From: Candidatus Anderseniibacteriota bacterium
GTDB taxonomy: Bacteria > Patescibacteriota > Andersenbacteria > UBA10190
Assembly (NCBI GenBank): GCA_021414205.1
Contig: JAIOOW010000002.1
Location: forward strand, 281,062-338,170
Direction of reading: 5' to 3'
DNA: 57,109 nt
The notes under the pieces are model-generated. The model searched no databases. It was not told the origin of the DNA and was given only the letters and a program-made list of their open reading frames with translations. The position numbers and the translations under genes are program-made. Positions 38,562 to 50,026 of this stretch are shown here, piece by piece; position 1 is the first letter of the stretch; the number at the start of each line of letters is the position of its first letter.

Positions 38562-39479
38562 ATGAAAACCATCAAACCAAAGCAAAAAAAAGGTTCAGCG
38601 TCTAAGAAATCTTCTAAGTCCTCACCAGCAAAGAAAAAGAAGGGAGTACGAAAGCCTATGTCATCACCCGTATTACTTGTGCCAGGAGCTTCGGCAACCG
38701 GCCGAGACTTTCTCCTCGAGAAACTGATCGAACACGGCCAAATCGTCGGGGAACGCGTTGGGAGAAAAAAGGCAGTCAACATTGCAGTTGCGGCCAAAAC
38801 GACTGACCGCGAACAGCGAGGGGCAGCAGATCGCACAAAGATCTGTATTCCTGCAGAGGAATTCACTAAACTCCTTGATAATGGAGACGTGATCGCAGAC
38901 TATGTTCTGGAAAGCAACGGAAGACGCTACGGCTACGGGAAAGACGCATTTGACGCTGACCCGGAAGCAGACGTCACCGTTTCAGATGCGTCCGTGTACC
39001 AGATCCCAGCTTTGAAAAAGCAACTTGGGGATCGCGTACATACAGCGGCAATGGTTGCAACCCGCGACTACCGCTACAGAAACCTTACTGCTCGAGGATC
39101 AGAAAGCCACGAAGAAGTGCTCGATCGCCTCAATTTGGGAGATGCGCATGTGGCGCTCCTGATCATGATGGGAGGAAACCCGACCGTTCAATACTCGGAG
39201 TACATCGACCCAGCAATCGCAGCATTAATTGGTGGAATTGCGATGGCGGCACGAGAAGGCGAAGAACGTCCAGACCTTGAAAAAGCGTTGAAAGCAATCT
39301 GTGGATCCGACACCGTCATCAGAATGGTGAAGGAACTCGCAGTGGATCATCGCCAATATGTTGACTCCCTGGTTATCCTCGGAGAAAGACATCGAGTAGA
39401 GGATCCTACGACGCCGATCACGGAAACCCAGTTCTTCGAAACTGGCGTGGAAATGATTAAGAAGGCACTCGCCCTGTAA
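38562..39479 (+). CDS. Divergent guanylate kinase-like P-loop protein with helical insert; alternative start at 38658
   Basis: VLLVPGASATGRDFL, KTTDREQR, IPAEEF, NGRRYG, LTARGSESHEEVLDRL. Confidence 0.7.
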   Translation: MKTIKPKQKKGSASKKSSKSSPAKKKKGVRKPMSSPVLLVPGASATGRDFLLEKLIEHGQIVGERVGRKKAVNIAVAAKTTDREQRGAADRTKICIPAEEFTKLLDNGDVIADYVLESNGRRYGYGKDAFDADPEADVTVSDASVYQIPALKKQLGDRVHTAAMVATRDYRYRNLTARGSESHEEVLDRLNLGDAHVALLIMMGGNPTVQYSEYIDPAIAALIGGIAMAAREGEERPDLEKALKAICGSDTVIRMVKELAVDHRQYVDSLVILGERHRVEDPTTPITETQFFETGVEMIKKALAL

Positions 39480-39495
39480 CCAAGTGAATCGATTG

Positions 39496-39561
39496 AACAC
39501 GCAGTCACCTGATTGCGTGTTTTTTCTTGTATAAAAAAGCCTCGTCGAGAATTCGACGAGG
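39496..39561. terminator. Back-to-back intrinsic terminators
   Basis: Plus strand AACACGCAGTCA-cc-TGATTGCGTGTT plus T-run; minus strand CCTCGTCGA...TCGACGAGG plus T-run. Confidence 0.8.
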
Positions 39562-39579
39562 TCGTTATTGACTATTATT

Positions 39580-40389
39580 TTACGTCAGCTGGTATGCGTC
39601 GCCATCACGAGCAATGATGACTTGAAGCCTGCCGGCCGTCGTAGCACCTCTTGCAAAATCTTTAGCAGCTTCGAAACACTGCTCCGGAACATGATTAAGG
39701 ATGAGTCGTCGCACACCCACTCCTCCGACTACTCCGATCCACGAGATGGCGGTATCAAAATCAATGTGTCCGCCTGCGGTTTTCGTTGCTCCTGCCGAAA
39801 GCAAGATCGTATTGCAATCCAGCGCTTCCTGAAACAGCTTTGGCTGCCCATCCAATGGAGCGCAAGCATCGCCGGCGTACAAGAAGGATCGGCCGTCAAG
39901 CACCACTTCGTACGCAACCGATTCATGACCAGGGATGTGCCGAACAGGGATCATGCGCATATTCGCACTGCATCCACTGATGGCAAATGGCATGCTGTCT
40001 TGAATTTCCTCCACCACCATTCCTGGATCTCGAACGGCATCAGCACAATATACGGAGAACAGCGTACCAATACGCTGCTCAAGACCGCTTGGCCCGCGAA
40101 GCGTCAACTTGTTCGGCGTACCATCGAAGTCCTTCGCTTCAAGCGTCCGATGTACCAGAAACGGAATCAGATCGCTCATGTGATCCGGATGGAAATGCGT
40201 GATCCACACTTCATCGATCTCAAGCGGCGAAATGCCGTAGTGCGCCATCTGATGCATCGCGCCGAATCCGCAATCGAGCAGCATATTTTTTGTACCCACC
40301 GTCAGCACAAAGCATGCCGGATGCCGCTCACGCGTCGTCTTCCAATCTCCCGCTCCCAACACTTTTAACTTGAATGTACTATCAGACAT
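39580..40389 (-). CDS. Metallo-beta-lactamase-fold hydrolase (RNase Z-like)
   Basis: LKVLGAG, LLDCGFG, THFHPDH, YAGD, LILNH; SD AAGGAGG and upstream TTGACA-N17-TATGGT. Confidence 0.85.
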   Translation of the reverse strand: MSDSTFKLKVLGAGDWKTTRERHPACFVLTVGTKNMLLDCGFGAMHQMAHYGISPLEIDEVWITHFHPDHMSDLIPFLVHRTLEAKDFDGTPNKLTLRGPSGLEQRIGTLFSVYCADAVRDPGMVVEEIQDSMPFAISGCSANMRMIPVRHIPGHESVAYEVVLDGRSFLYAGDACAPLDGQPKLFQEALDCNTILLSAGATKTAGGHIDFDTAISWIGVVGGVGVRRLILNHVPEQCFEAAKDFARGATTAGRLQVIIARDGDAYQLT

Positions 40390-40500
40390 GAAAACCTCCT
40401 TCAGTGCCTATCAAAACAACCGCACAAACCCGAATGCACCATAATGCATGATTCCGTTTTTGTCAATGTTCTCCTTGCCATTTTTTTTATAGCCTCATAG

Positions 40501-42325
<1,825 letters not shown>

Positions 42326-42329
<4 letters not shown>

Positions 42330-42499
42330 AGAGAAAACGCCATAATACCTAAGCACATAATACACACAACGTAATACCAAAGACGGATCATAATTGTCGT
42401 CTTCTTTTCAAAATCATCATTGCGCCAATGATACTCGAACAAGGCGCTCATGATCACAAAAAATATAAATTCCGCCAGAAGAATGATAACTGTTGCCAT
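42326..42499 (-). CDS. Small two-TM membrane protein (57 aa; not in ORF track)
   Basis: Manual translation [25 protein letters not shown]...GIMAFSL; ATGA overlap with the PH-domain gene. Confidence 0.6.
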
Positions 42500-42628
42500 A
42501 ACAATACCGTTTTAGTATATCATGCAGCAGATATTGACAAAATAAAAAATATGCATAACTATATGCAAACGGTTGGCATGTTGCCAACTTGTTTGTTGTT
42601 TTTACCCGAATACGAGGAGATTCGACCA

Positions 42629-43630
42629 ATGGGCAGACCCGTAACACTGTTTACTGGACAATGGGGAGACCTGGAGTTGGAGGAACTGTGTAAGAAAGCC
42701 AAGGACTGGGGCTACGACGGCCTGGAACTGGCTTGCTGGGGGAAGGTTCCCCACTTCGACGTTCAGCGAGCATTGAGCGAGCCTGATTACTGCATGAAAA
42801 TCCATGCGCTGCTCGGACGATACGGCCTGAAGGTATTTGCGATCTCTGCACACCTGGTTGGGCAAGCCACACTGGATCACATCGACGCACGGCATAAAGA
42901 AATCTTGCCCGATCACGTATGGGGCAATGGCGATCCGGCAGGCGTCAACGAACGAGCGTGCCAGGAAATGAAAGACACGGCCCGCGCCGCACAGAAATTG
43001 GGCGTCAAGGTTGTGAACGGCTTCACCGGATCGAGCATCTGGCACATGGTTTACGACTTTCCGCCAACGCCCAAATCGATGTACGATGCCGGCTTTGAAC
43101 TGCTGGCGGAACGATGGAACCCAATCCTAGACGTGTTCCAGAGATGCGGTGTGAAGTTCGCGCTCGAAGTTCACCCGACCGAAATTGCGTTCGACATCTA
43201 CACCGCGGAACGAGCACTGGCTGCGCTGAATGATCGCGAAGAATTCGGATTCAATTTCGATCCGAGTCATCTCATTCATCAGGGAATCGACCCTGCCGAA
43301 TTCATCCGCTACTTCCCGAATCGCATCTATCACGTCCACATGAAGGACGCGAAGGTGACACTCAACGGACGATCCGGAATCTTGGCAAGCCACCTGTCGT
43401 TCGGTGATCCGCGCCGCGGCTGGGACTTCCGCAGCATGGGCCGCGGAGGAGTCAACTTCGAAGAAATCATCCGCGCCCTCAACGCCGCCAAGTACTCAGG
43501 ACCCTTGTCAGTTGAATGGGAAGATTCCGGCATGGATCGCGAGCACGGCGCCCGCGAATCGTGCAAGGTCGTCAAGGAACTCGACTTCCCATCTTCAGAT
43601 CGAGCATTCGACGCCGCATTTGCGGAATAG
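42629..43630 (+). CDS. Sugar phosphate isomerase/epimerase (xylose isomerase-like TIM barrel)
   Basis: [48 protein letters not shown]; SD GAGGAG. Confidence 0.92.
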   Translation: MGRPVTLFTGQWGDLELEELCKKAKDWGYDGLELACWGKVPHFDVQRALSEPDYCMKIHALLGRYGLKVFAISAHLVGQATLDHIDARHKEILPDHVWGNGDPAGVNERACQEMKDTARAAQKLGVKVVNGFTGSSIWHMVYDFPPTPKSMYDAGFELLAERWNPILDVFQRCGVKFALEVHPTEIAFDIYTAERALAALNDREEFGFNFDPSHLIHQGIDPAEFIRYFPNRIYHVHMKDAKVTLNGRSGILASHLSFGDPRRGWDFRSMGRGGVNFEEIIRALNAAKYSGPLSVEWEDSGMDREHGARESCKVVKELDFPSSDRAFDAAFAE

Positions 43631-43661
43631 AATCTTCAATACAACAACGCCGCTCTTTACC

Positions 43662-43704
43662 TCCGCAGGAATCCACTTCATTGTGAATCCTGCGGATTTT
43701 TTAT
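43662..43704 (+). terminator. Intrinsic terminator
   Basis: TCCGCAGGA...TCCTGCGGA followed by TTTTTTATT. Confidence 0.75.
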
Positions 43705-45116
43705 TCCCGCTTTCTACCCTCTATTTCTAATAACGCTACTACCCCGATCGGCGCAGCATACGCCATATATTGCGCAAACCATACAGAATGGAAATTTAAA
43801 AACACGAGAAATGCCAATAATGACGCCGTAAAAAATCCAACATATTTTCGCGCATACACAACATATACAAGCCCGAGCAATACCAGCAACTCCACTTTCG
43901 AAGATGGGCCTACGAGGCCAAGAAATGCATCAACAGAAGGCACAGAGAAGTGGGTGACCGGTCCGCGCGTAAACGAGAACGCCATGCTCTTCAGAAAAGA
44001 TGTAATATTCGCAACCATAAACGGTATAGAAACAGCAAGTGGAATCAAAATAAGACTGAGTGCTCCAAGAAAAGTTTTTTTAATCCGATCTTTCGAGGAA
44101 GTTGCCTGCCATAATGCGATCACATACAACGGCAATAAGATTGCAGAAATATGTCGAAACGAAAGCGATAATCCGAAAAGAAACAAACTCAAGTACGGAC
44201 GCTTTTTAAGAAGCAGCAAAGATAGAACGAGAAAAAATATGGGAATAAAATCAAACAACCCAACCGTTGCAATATAGAGCGACCAACGATTCAATAAGAA
44301 AAATAAAGCTCCAAAAAACGCGAGAACATACCATCCTCTTTTCCAAAAAACAGAAAACAGCAGCCCCGCAGTAGCTAATGCGAATAATAAGAATACCGGC
44401 CGCCAAAATGCTATCCAACTTGAGTACGTATCCAGCCCTGCCCATTGCGACAACGCAGATACTAGATAAAACGAGGGTAAGTATGTTGCGTAACTGCTAT
44501 TATCCTGCAAATTGCCTGATAAAATCCTATCGTACGGATTCTTACCATGAATGATGTCACTTCCCGCGTCATATGTAAGCGCGATATCCGTCCCCACTGT
44601 ATTTATATGCAGTATCTGCTCAATAAAAGAAATGATCTGCGGTCGAGGAGCAAGAACACGATACGACAGTTCGTGTGTATCATTAAAATATCGGATAAAC
44701 AGCGGATGCTTTTCTAACAGCGATGATGCTGTAAGAGTAATGGCGGCGGGTTGGGCAGGATCGAGCGAAATTGACGCAAATCGAAATCGTAATTTATCGC
44801 TCGATAACACATCCCCTAGCTTTGAATCTATAATACGAATAACGCTTCCATCTTCTCGAGAAATCACAAGAGTGAGCATTGTCGTATTCGGCAGCTGATT
44901 CGCATTTTCTACCTGGATATCTATCCCGTCTACAATTCGAATAGATATAGGAAGTACTTGCGATACAGGATGCTCTGCATATACGGACACCGACGTATTA
45001 TCTTTAACTTGTTCGTACACCGGCGTCGGAATCAGCCACAGGCACCATACGAGCACGGCAAGAAACCCTCCTGCTTTTACCAACACCTCTCGAATACGCC
45101 AAGCAGATTCTTCCAT
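43701..45116 (-). CDS. GT-C-fold membrane glycosyltransferase (GT87-like)
   Basis: GTDIALTY...IIHGKNPY...ATYLPSFYL followed by many TM helices. Confidence 0.7.
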   Translation of the reverse strand: MEESAWRIREVLVKAGGFLAVLVWCLWLIPTPVYEQVKDNTSVSVYAEHPVSQVLPISIRIVDGIDIQVENANQLPNTTMLTLVISREDGSVIRIIDSKLGDVLSSDKLRFRFASISLDPAQPAAITLTASSLLEKHPLFIRYFNDTHELSYRVLAPRPQIISFIEQILHINTVGTDIALTYDAGSDIIHGKNPYDRILSGNLQDNSSYATYLPSFYLVSALSQWAGLDTYSSWIAFWRPVFLLFALATAGLLFSVFWKRGWYVLAFFGALFFLLNRWSLYIATVGLFDFIPIFFLVLSLLLLKKRPYLSLFLFGLSLSFRHISAILLPLYVIALWQATSSKDRIKKTFLGALSLILIPLAVSIPFMVANITSFLKSMAFSFTRGPVTHFSVPSVDAFLGLVGPSSKVELLVLLGLVYVVYARKYVGFFTASLLAFLVFLNFHSVWFAQYMAYAAPIGVVALLEIEGRKRE

Positions 45117-45138
45117 GCCCTTACTCTAGCACGAGTAG

Positions 45139-45966
45139 TTAGAATGTCACCGTCTGCGCAATTTGGTCTAGTACCGTATCTGGGGTGAATACATCGCGCT
45201 CCGCCTGGCATTCTTGCTGCTTCGGCTGATCATAATTTGCACACTGCACCAATCGAAGAGAAAACGTCAGGATAACCGTTGTATCCCCCTTGTACCATGC
45301 ATACGCATATTGATTATACATACTCCCCGCAGCCCCTTCTGAGCTTGTCGTAAGGCAATACGTGGTGCCGTTTATTGTCTTCTGCTCCGTCTTTCCTCCT
45401 CTTGCTATTTCAGAACCTGCCTGCGTGCATGCAAACGGTTCGTGCGTCACTTGTATCTTTGGCGGCCAATCTACTAGGCTAATATACTTGGTTGGAATAG
45501 TGGGTGGATATTGAAACGAAGTATGCTGCGCAGTATCGGTAATAGTCTTCCATGTTGTACGATCAACTGTTCCGGGAAGAGCGCAATTTGCAAATGTCGT
45601 TGCATCTCCTTCTGTAATAAATGCGGTATCTCCTTTATTCCAGAACACAATACTTTCATCTGCATTCGCATATCGAGCACCACTTGCGGACATCGCATGA
45701 GGAAGCGACATAGCTCTGCCATCGCTCAACTTTAAGTCAACACGAGTATCGTTATCGAGATAAAACGTAGCTTGCACAGTCTTGCCGGCATCGCATGCAA
45801 ACGTAACAGTTTTAGCCGTGCCCGCAGGGGTCGGGGAACTAGAAGCTATGGGCGTTGCAGTAGGCACTACAGCGGGCTTCGTGTAATTTGCGCCATACCA
45901 CACGGCAAGCGCAATACCTGCAATGATGATCAATGCCGCCGCCGCATACGTAAGAGAGTTTTTCAT
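45139..45966 (-). CDS. MliC/PliC-domain membrane-anchored protein
   Basis: FACDAGK...LPHAMSASGARYAN...VFWNKGDTAF. Confidence 0.85.
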   Translation of the reverse strand: MKNSLTYAAAALIIIAGIALAVWYGANYTKPAVVPTATPIASSSPTPAGTAKTVTFACDAGKTVQATFYLDNDTRVDLKLSDGRAMSLPHAMSASGARYANADESIVFWNKGDTAFITEGDATTFANCALPGTVDRTTWKTITDTAQHTSFQYPPTIPTKYISLVDWPPKIQVTHEPFACTQAGSEIARGGKTEQKTINGTTYCLTTSSEGAAGSMYNQYAYAWYKGDTTVILTFSLRLVQCANYDQPKQQECQAERDVFTPDTVLDQIAQTVTF

Positions 45967-46214
45967 GCCCTGCGTTCAACGACAATCGTGCACTTGGTAA
46001 CAAGCGCTGCCAGAGCGCCTACGGCAGCAAGCACTGGAGCCAGTACAGTTCCAATTATTGCAACCGTAAGAGGAATGACTATCAACACCACTCCGTTCTC
46101 GTCCTTAATAGTAATTCTTCGAACATTTCCTTCTTTAATGAGTCGCTTGATCGTTTCAACGATTCTATCGCCATCCATCTTAAATTCTTCTTTGGTTGTT
46201 TTTTCTTCATCCAT
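45963..46214 (-). CDS. DUF4342 protein
   Basis: IKRLIKEGNVRRITIK...IPLT...LAAVGALAALVTKCTIVVER. Confidence 0.9.
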   Translation of the reverse strand: MDEEKTTKEEFKMDGDRIVETIKRLIKEGNVRRITIKDENGVVLIVIPLTVAIIGTVLAPVLAAVGALAALVTKCTIVVERRA

Positions 46215-46279
46215 ATATATACCGTACGCTCCCTAATTCCTATTGCAAGGTATTTCAGCTACCATATGCATATACCTGT

Positions 46280-46756
46280 ATGAACATGCTTCTCAAAGTA
46301 CTTACTATCACGCTCCTAGCTGCCGCAATAGTTATAAGTATACTCACCCTCAATTGGCGCACGCAGGTCGCACAAGCACCAACTCCTCTGCCTGCATCTC
46401 CTCAACCAAGCATCAGTAACAACCCGGAGAAATCAGACACTATTCGAGTTACAACCCCACAACCAAACGAAATAACCGCCGGCACAATTAGTGTTGCCGG
46501 AGAAGCTCGAGGAACATGGTTTTTTGAAGCATCGTTCCCAATTCAGCTTGAAGATGCCTCAGGAAAAATAATTTCATCAACTACAGCCCAAGCCCAAAGC
46601 GACTGGATGACGACTGACTTTGTTCCGTTCAAAGCAACCCTTGCTGCTCCTCGAGAATTTACTGGCTCCGCAACCCTTGTACTAAAAAAAGACAATCCAT
46701 CCGGATTACCGCAAAACGACGAAACATTTAAAATTCCAATCACCGTAAAAAAGTAA
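46280..46756 (+). CDS. Gmad2-type immunoglobulin-like domain protein
   Basis: N-terminal TM; GEARGTWFFEASFPI, DWMTTDFVPF, LKKDNPSGLP. Confidence 0.85.
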   Translation: MNMLLKVLTITLLAAAIVISILTLNWRTQVAQAPTPLPASPQPSISNNPEKSDTIRVTTPQPNEITAGTISVAGEARGTWFFEASFPIQLEDASGKIISSTTAQAQSDWMTTDFVPFKATLAAPREFTGSATLVLKKDNPSGLPQNDETFKIPITVKK

Positions 46757-46893
46757 TAAAAACGCGAACTTAGCGGCATTGCCCAAGATAGTCTTTACAA
46801 AATAGATAAAATAATCTATAGTATAAACGATAGCCTATTACGGTCATTTACGACTGTTTTCGCAAGAATTTTTAAGAATAGGCAATTAACACT

Positions 46894-47910
46894 ATGGTAT
46901 CAGCACAAGAGCTAGAAAATATACGCGTGCCTACATTTTCGATTTCCACATCGCTTATCATCAATGCTGCACGCGAAAAAGGACTCAAGTTCGAACCGCT
47001 CCCCGAGCGAGCATTCCGCATATCCAAAGGCGTAACCTCCCATTACTTCAAAGGGACGAGCTTCCCATGCAATAACATGGTCGCATCTCAACTTTCGAAT
47101 AATAAATATTTTCTGCGAAAAGTGTTAAAAAAACACAACATTCCCGCACCCAAGACAATTCGGCTTCAGTATGCATCCCAATGGGAAAAAGCAATCGCCG
47201 GATCGCTAAAATTTCCACTGGTCGTAAAACCGACATCAGCCTCGCATGCACACGGATCGTCCATGAATATTATTTCTGCCGACGAATTGCGCCGAGCAGT
47301 ACGCCGAGCATTTGATTATATGAAAAAGAATAATGCTGGAACACGAGTGCTCGTAGAAGAATTTTTTGAGGGTAACGATCTTCGCTTCTTTGTTATTGGA
47401 AATAAAGTTGTATCCGTAGTACAACGGGAACCTGCGTATGTCATCGGCGATGGCGTAAACAAGATTCGAAAACTTATCACAGACTTCAATCAAGAATGGC
47501 GCTCGCCTATTAAGTACGACTTACCTCTATGCCCAATCCCCATAGATACCGAAACTGCTCGACGCCTGCATAGGCAAAAAAAGACGCTTAATTCTATTCC
47601 GAAAAAAGGAGAAAAAGTTACGCTGCGATGGAACGCAAACGTGAGTACCGGCGGGCGCGCCATTGATGTAACAGATATCGTGCATCCAAGCCTCAAAAAA
47701 ATTGCTATTCAAATAGCGCATATCGCAAAGCTTGAAATTACTGGGGTAGATATTCTATGTAAAGATATTACTTCAAAAGACACTTCCGCAAAAAATATTT
47801 GCGTACTGGAAACAAACGACTCTCCCGGTATCGACATCCATCACTTTCCGTTTGAAGGCAAGGGCAAAAATATATCCTCAATGATCTTAGATTATATATT
47901 TGACATTTAG
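46894..47910 (+). CDS. Stand-alone ATP-grasp ligase (cyanophycin synthetase/GshAB ATP-grasp-like)
   Basis: FPLVVKP, VLVEEFFEGNDLR, REPAYVIGDG, ANVSTGG, GVDIL, ETNDSPG; promoter TTTACA-N17-TATAGT at 46794..46822. Confidence 0.85.
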   Translation: MVSAQELENIRVPTFSISTSLIINAAREKGLKFEPLPERAFRISKGVTSHYFKGTSFPCNNMVASQLSNNKYFLRKVLKKHNIPAPKTIRLQYASQWEKAIAGSLKFPLVVKPTSASHAHGSSMNIISADELRRAVRRAFDYMKKNNAGTRVLVEEFFEGNDLRFFVIGNKVVSVVQREPAYVIGDGVNKIRKLITDFNQEWRSPIKYDLPLCPIPIDTETARRLHRQKKTLNSIPKKGEKVTLRWNANVSTGGRAIDVTDIVHPSLKKIAIQIAHIAKLEITGVDILCKDITSKDTSAKNICVLETNDSPGIDIHHFPFEGKGKNISSMILDYIFDI

Positions 47911-47986
47911 TATAAATAGTGCTATAATTGAACGTTGCTGAAATTCAGATATTTTCACCTTCCACCTGCCCCTTGAAAGGAAATCC

Positions 47987-48301
47987 GTGAACGAAAACCC
48001 TGCCCTCCAGTCGCTGGTAGTAATGTGCGTAATCATGGCCGGGTTTGGGATCATAATCAAACATGACCCATTCTGGCTCATCCGACCTCTCGGAAGATAC
48101 GCTGGCAAACTTGCAAAACGCTTTATCGGTGCGTGCTACAAATTTTCAAAGAGATCGACTGTGTCGCTTTGGAAAATTATGACAAACCAGCATAAAGCAA
48201 TCATTACGAGAATCGTTTGCGGTATTGCAATGGTTCCGTTAGCCATAACAACCGCACTATTATTCCTCCCTGCTGACCTGATTGGCAGCGGAAAGAAGTA
48301 A
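47987..48301 (+). CDS. Orphan small membrane protein (104 aa)
   Basis: GTG start with SD GAAAGGA, two hydrophobic helices, downstream terminator at 48334..48367. Confidence 0.65.
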   Translation: MNENPALQSLVVMCVIMAGFGIIIKHDPFWLIRPLGRYAGKLAKRFIGACYKFSKRSTVSLWKIMTNQHKAIITRIVCGIAMVPLAITTALLFLPADLIGSGKK

Positions 48302-48333
48302 GAGGGACACTCGCATGTTACCTCTCGCACACA

Positions 48334-48418
48334 TCGCCCGATGTTTACATCTGGGCGATTTTTTATGTAAAAAAAGAACCCGTCCTGTCACTCACGGTGA
48401 GCAACAGGTACGGGTTTA
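48334..48418. terminator. Back-to-back intrinsic terminators
   Basis: Plus strand ATCGCCC...GGGCGAT plus T-run; minus strand long hairpin AACCCGT...ACGGGTT plus CTTTTTTT. Confidence 0.75.
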
Positions 48419-48465
48419 CAAGGATCAAACGAAAATCGCACTTCTTCGCAAATGACGCGGCGAAA

Positions 48466-48864
48466 TTAGGTGCGAACGACCGACAGCACTGGTTGGCGGG
48501 TCACGACGAGGCCGTATTTCGCAGCGGCACAAACCTTGGTAATGGCACACTCGAAGTCTCGAACTCCCGGCGAAGTCGTCGCCGGAGTCTGCTTCGTAAT
48601 GCGCGTCAAGGGGGTTGCCAGGGCGACGTCGGCGATCGTTGTTGCCGGAGTCACGGAATTGTTCACGGTCAGGGCGCCGGCAATGTCGGGCAGGACGACC
48701 GAAGGTTGGACCATTTCGCTTGTCAGCAGATTAACCTGGCCTTCAGCGGCCTTTTGGACGACGGTCGCACCCTTGGCGACGGCGGAACCACACAGCAGCA
48801 AACCGACGGATAGCACGCAGACGCAAAAGGCGATCGGAACAAAATGACCAAGCGTTCTCTTCAT
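48466..48864 (-). CDS. Orphan secreted protein (132 aa)
   Basis: SD AAAGGA; signal peptide MKRTLGHFVPIAFCVCVLSVGLLLCGSAVA; Thr/Ala-rich. Confidence 0.6.
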   Translation of the reverse strand: MKRTLGHFVPIAFCVCVLSVGLLLCGSAVAKGATVVQKAAEGQVNLLTSEMVQPSVVLPDIAGALTVNNSVTPATTIADVALATPLTRITKQTPATTSPGVRDFECAITKVCAAAKYGLVVTRQPVLSVVRT

Positions 48865-48901
48865 GGGAAACTTCCTTTTTTGCGTAACAATCGAACAGTC
48901 G

Positions 48902-49006
48902 TTTTGCCTGAACATGGGAGCATCTGTACTCCAAACGTTTCGTACTACGAAGAAGGGTCCTTATTCCTTCTTAATAACGTATTTGGTTTTCAATGTTCAA
49001 GCAAAA
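48902..49006 (-). ncRNA. Candidate structured 5' leader RNA
   Basis: 14-bp closing stem enclosing several internal hairpins; mismatches become G-U pairs only on the minus strand; downstream of TTGACG-N16-TATACT (49048..49021). Confidence 0.45.
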
Positions 49007-49147
49007 TCGGCACTTCCTGCAGTATATATAGCCTATATTTTTCGTCAAGCATTTTTTTGGGCCACCACGTACCCACCCCCTTCACCGCATATTCATATTC
49101 ATTTTGTATAGTAGGAACGCAACTAACTCGTAACATATCCAACATTT

Positions 49148-49651
49148 ATGAAATCATTTAAAAAACCGCTTATTGCTATCGCAACCGTTGCCGTGCTGGG
49201 CACCGGTACAGCAGTGGGCATACAAACAGCCCATGCGGCTACTCCGCCAGCTCGCACAAGCCTTATCGATGCGCTGGTAGCAAAGTTTCATTTGAACAAA
49301 TCAGACGTGGAGACAGTATTCAAACAAACCCACGAAGAAAACATGGCTAGCCGCCAACAAGCATTTACCGATCGCTTAACCCAAGCCGTAAAAGACGGCA
49401 AACTTACCCAAGCACAAGCTGATGCCATCACTGCTAAACAAGCAGAAGTAAAAGCATTCATGGATTCCCTAAAAGATAAAGCACCCGCTGAACGCAAAAC
49501 GGCCATTAAGCAAGAGCAAAAAGATCTCGCAACATGGGCAAAAGATAACGATATTCCTGCACAATTTACACACATCGCCAGGCCAATGATGGGCCATGGG
49601 ATGGGGTTTGAACGCCCTATGGGGAACGCAATGCACCCGGACGCTCAATAG
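49148..49651 (+). CDS. Secreted helical protein (YckD/DUF2680-like)
   Basis: Signal peptide; RLTQAVKDGKLTQAQADAI motif. Confidence 0.75.
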   Translation: MKSFKKPLIAIATVAVLGTGTAVGIQTAHAATPPARTSLIDALVAKFHLNKSDVETVFKQTHEENMASRQQAFTDRLTQAVKDGKLTQAQADAITAKQAEVKAFMDSLKDKAPAERKTAIKQEQKDLATWAKDNDIPAQFTHIARPMMGHGMGFERPMGNAMHPDAQ

Positions 49652-49729
49652 TCCATACATAATGCATTTGCACAACTAGGTGGTTTTAGTGCTAGAATAT
49701 GGAGATAGATTTTCTAACGTCACCATACT

Positions 49730-49978
49730 ATGGCAAATGCAGCATTTATGAAACCGATGACAATCAGCGCAGACCTTGCGACGGTTGTTGGAACAGGGCC
49801 GATGCCCCGATCAGAAGTAGTTAAGAAATTGTGGGAATACATCAAGAAACACGATCTTCAAGATCCTGCAAACAAGCGAAACATCAATGCAGACGAAAAC
49901 TTAAAGAAAGTATTCGGCGGCAAAGAAGTGGTAAATATGTTTGAAATGACAAAGCTCGTTTCAGCTCACCTTTCATAA
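49730..49978 (+). CDS. Stand-alone SWIB/MDM2-domain protein
   Basis: PRSEVVKKLWEYIKKHDLQDPANKRNINADENLKKVFGG...MFEMTKLVSAHL. Confidence 0.93.
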   Translation: MANAAFMKPMTISADLATVVGTGPMPRSEVVKKLWEYIKKHDLQDPANKRNINADENLKKVFGGKEVVNMFEMTKLVSAHLS

Positions 49979-49994
49979 GAATAAAGAAGCCTTT

Positions 49995-50025
49995 AAAAAA
50001 AACCCGCCTTCCTGGCGGGTTTTTT
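49995..50025. terminator. Bidirectional intrinsic terminator
   Basis: A8-CCCGCC-ttcct-GGCGGG-T6 between convergent genes. Confidence 0.85.
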
Positions 50026-50026
50026 A

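Noticed and set aside
39568-40368. Plus-strand 266-aa ORF
   Set aside because: Antisense shadow of the MBL-fold hydrolase, which has clear catalytic motifs.
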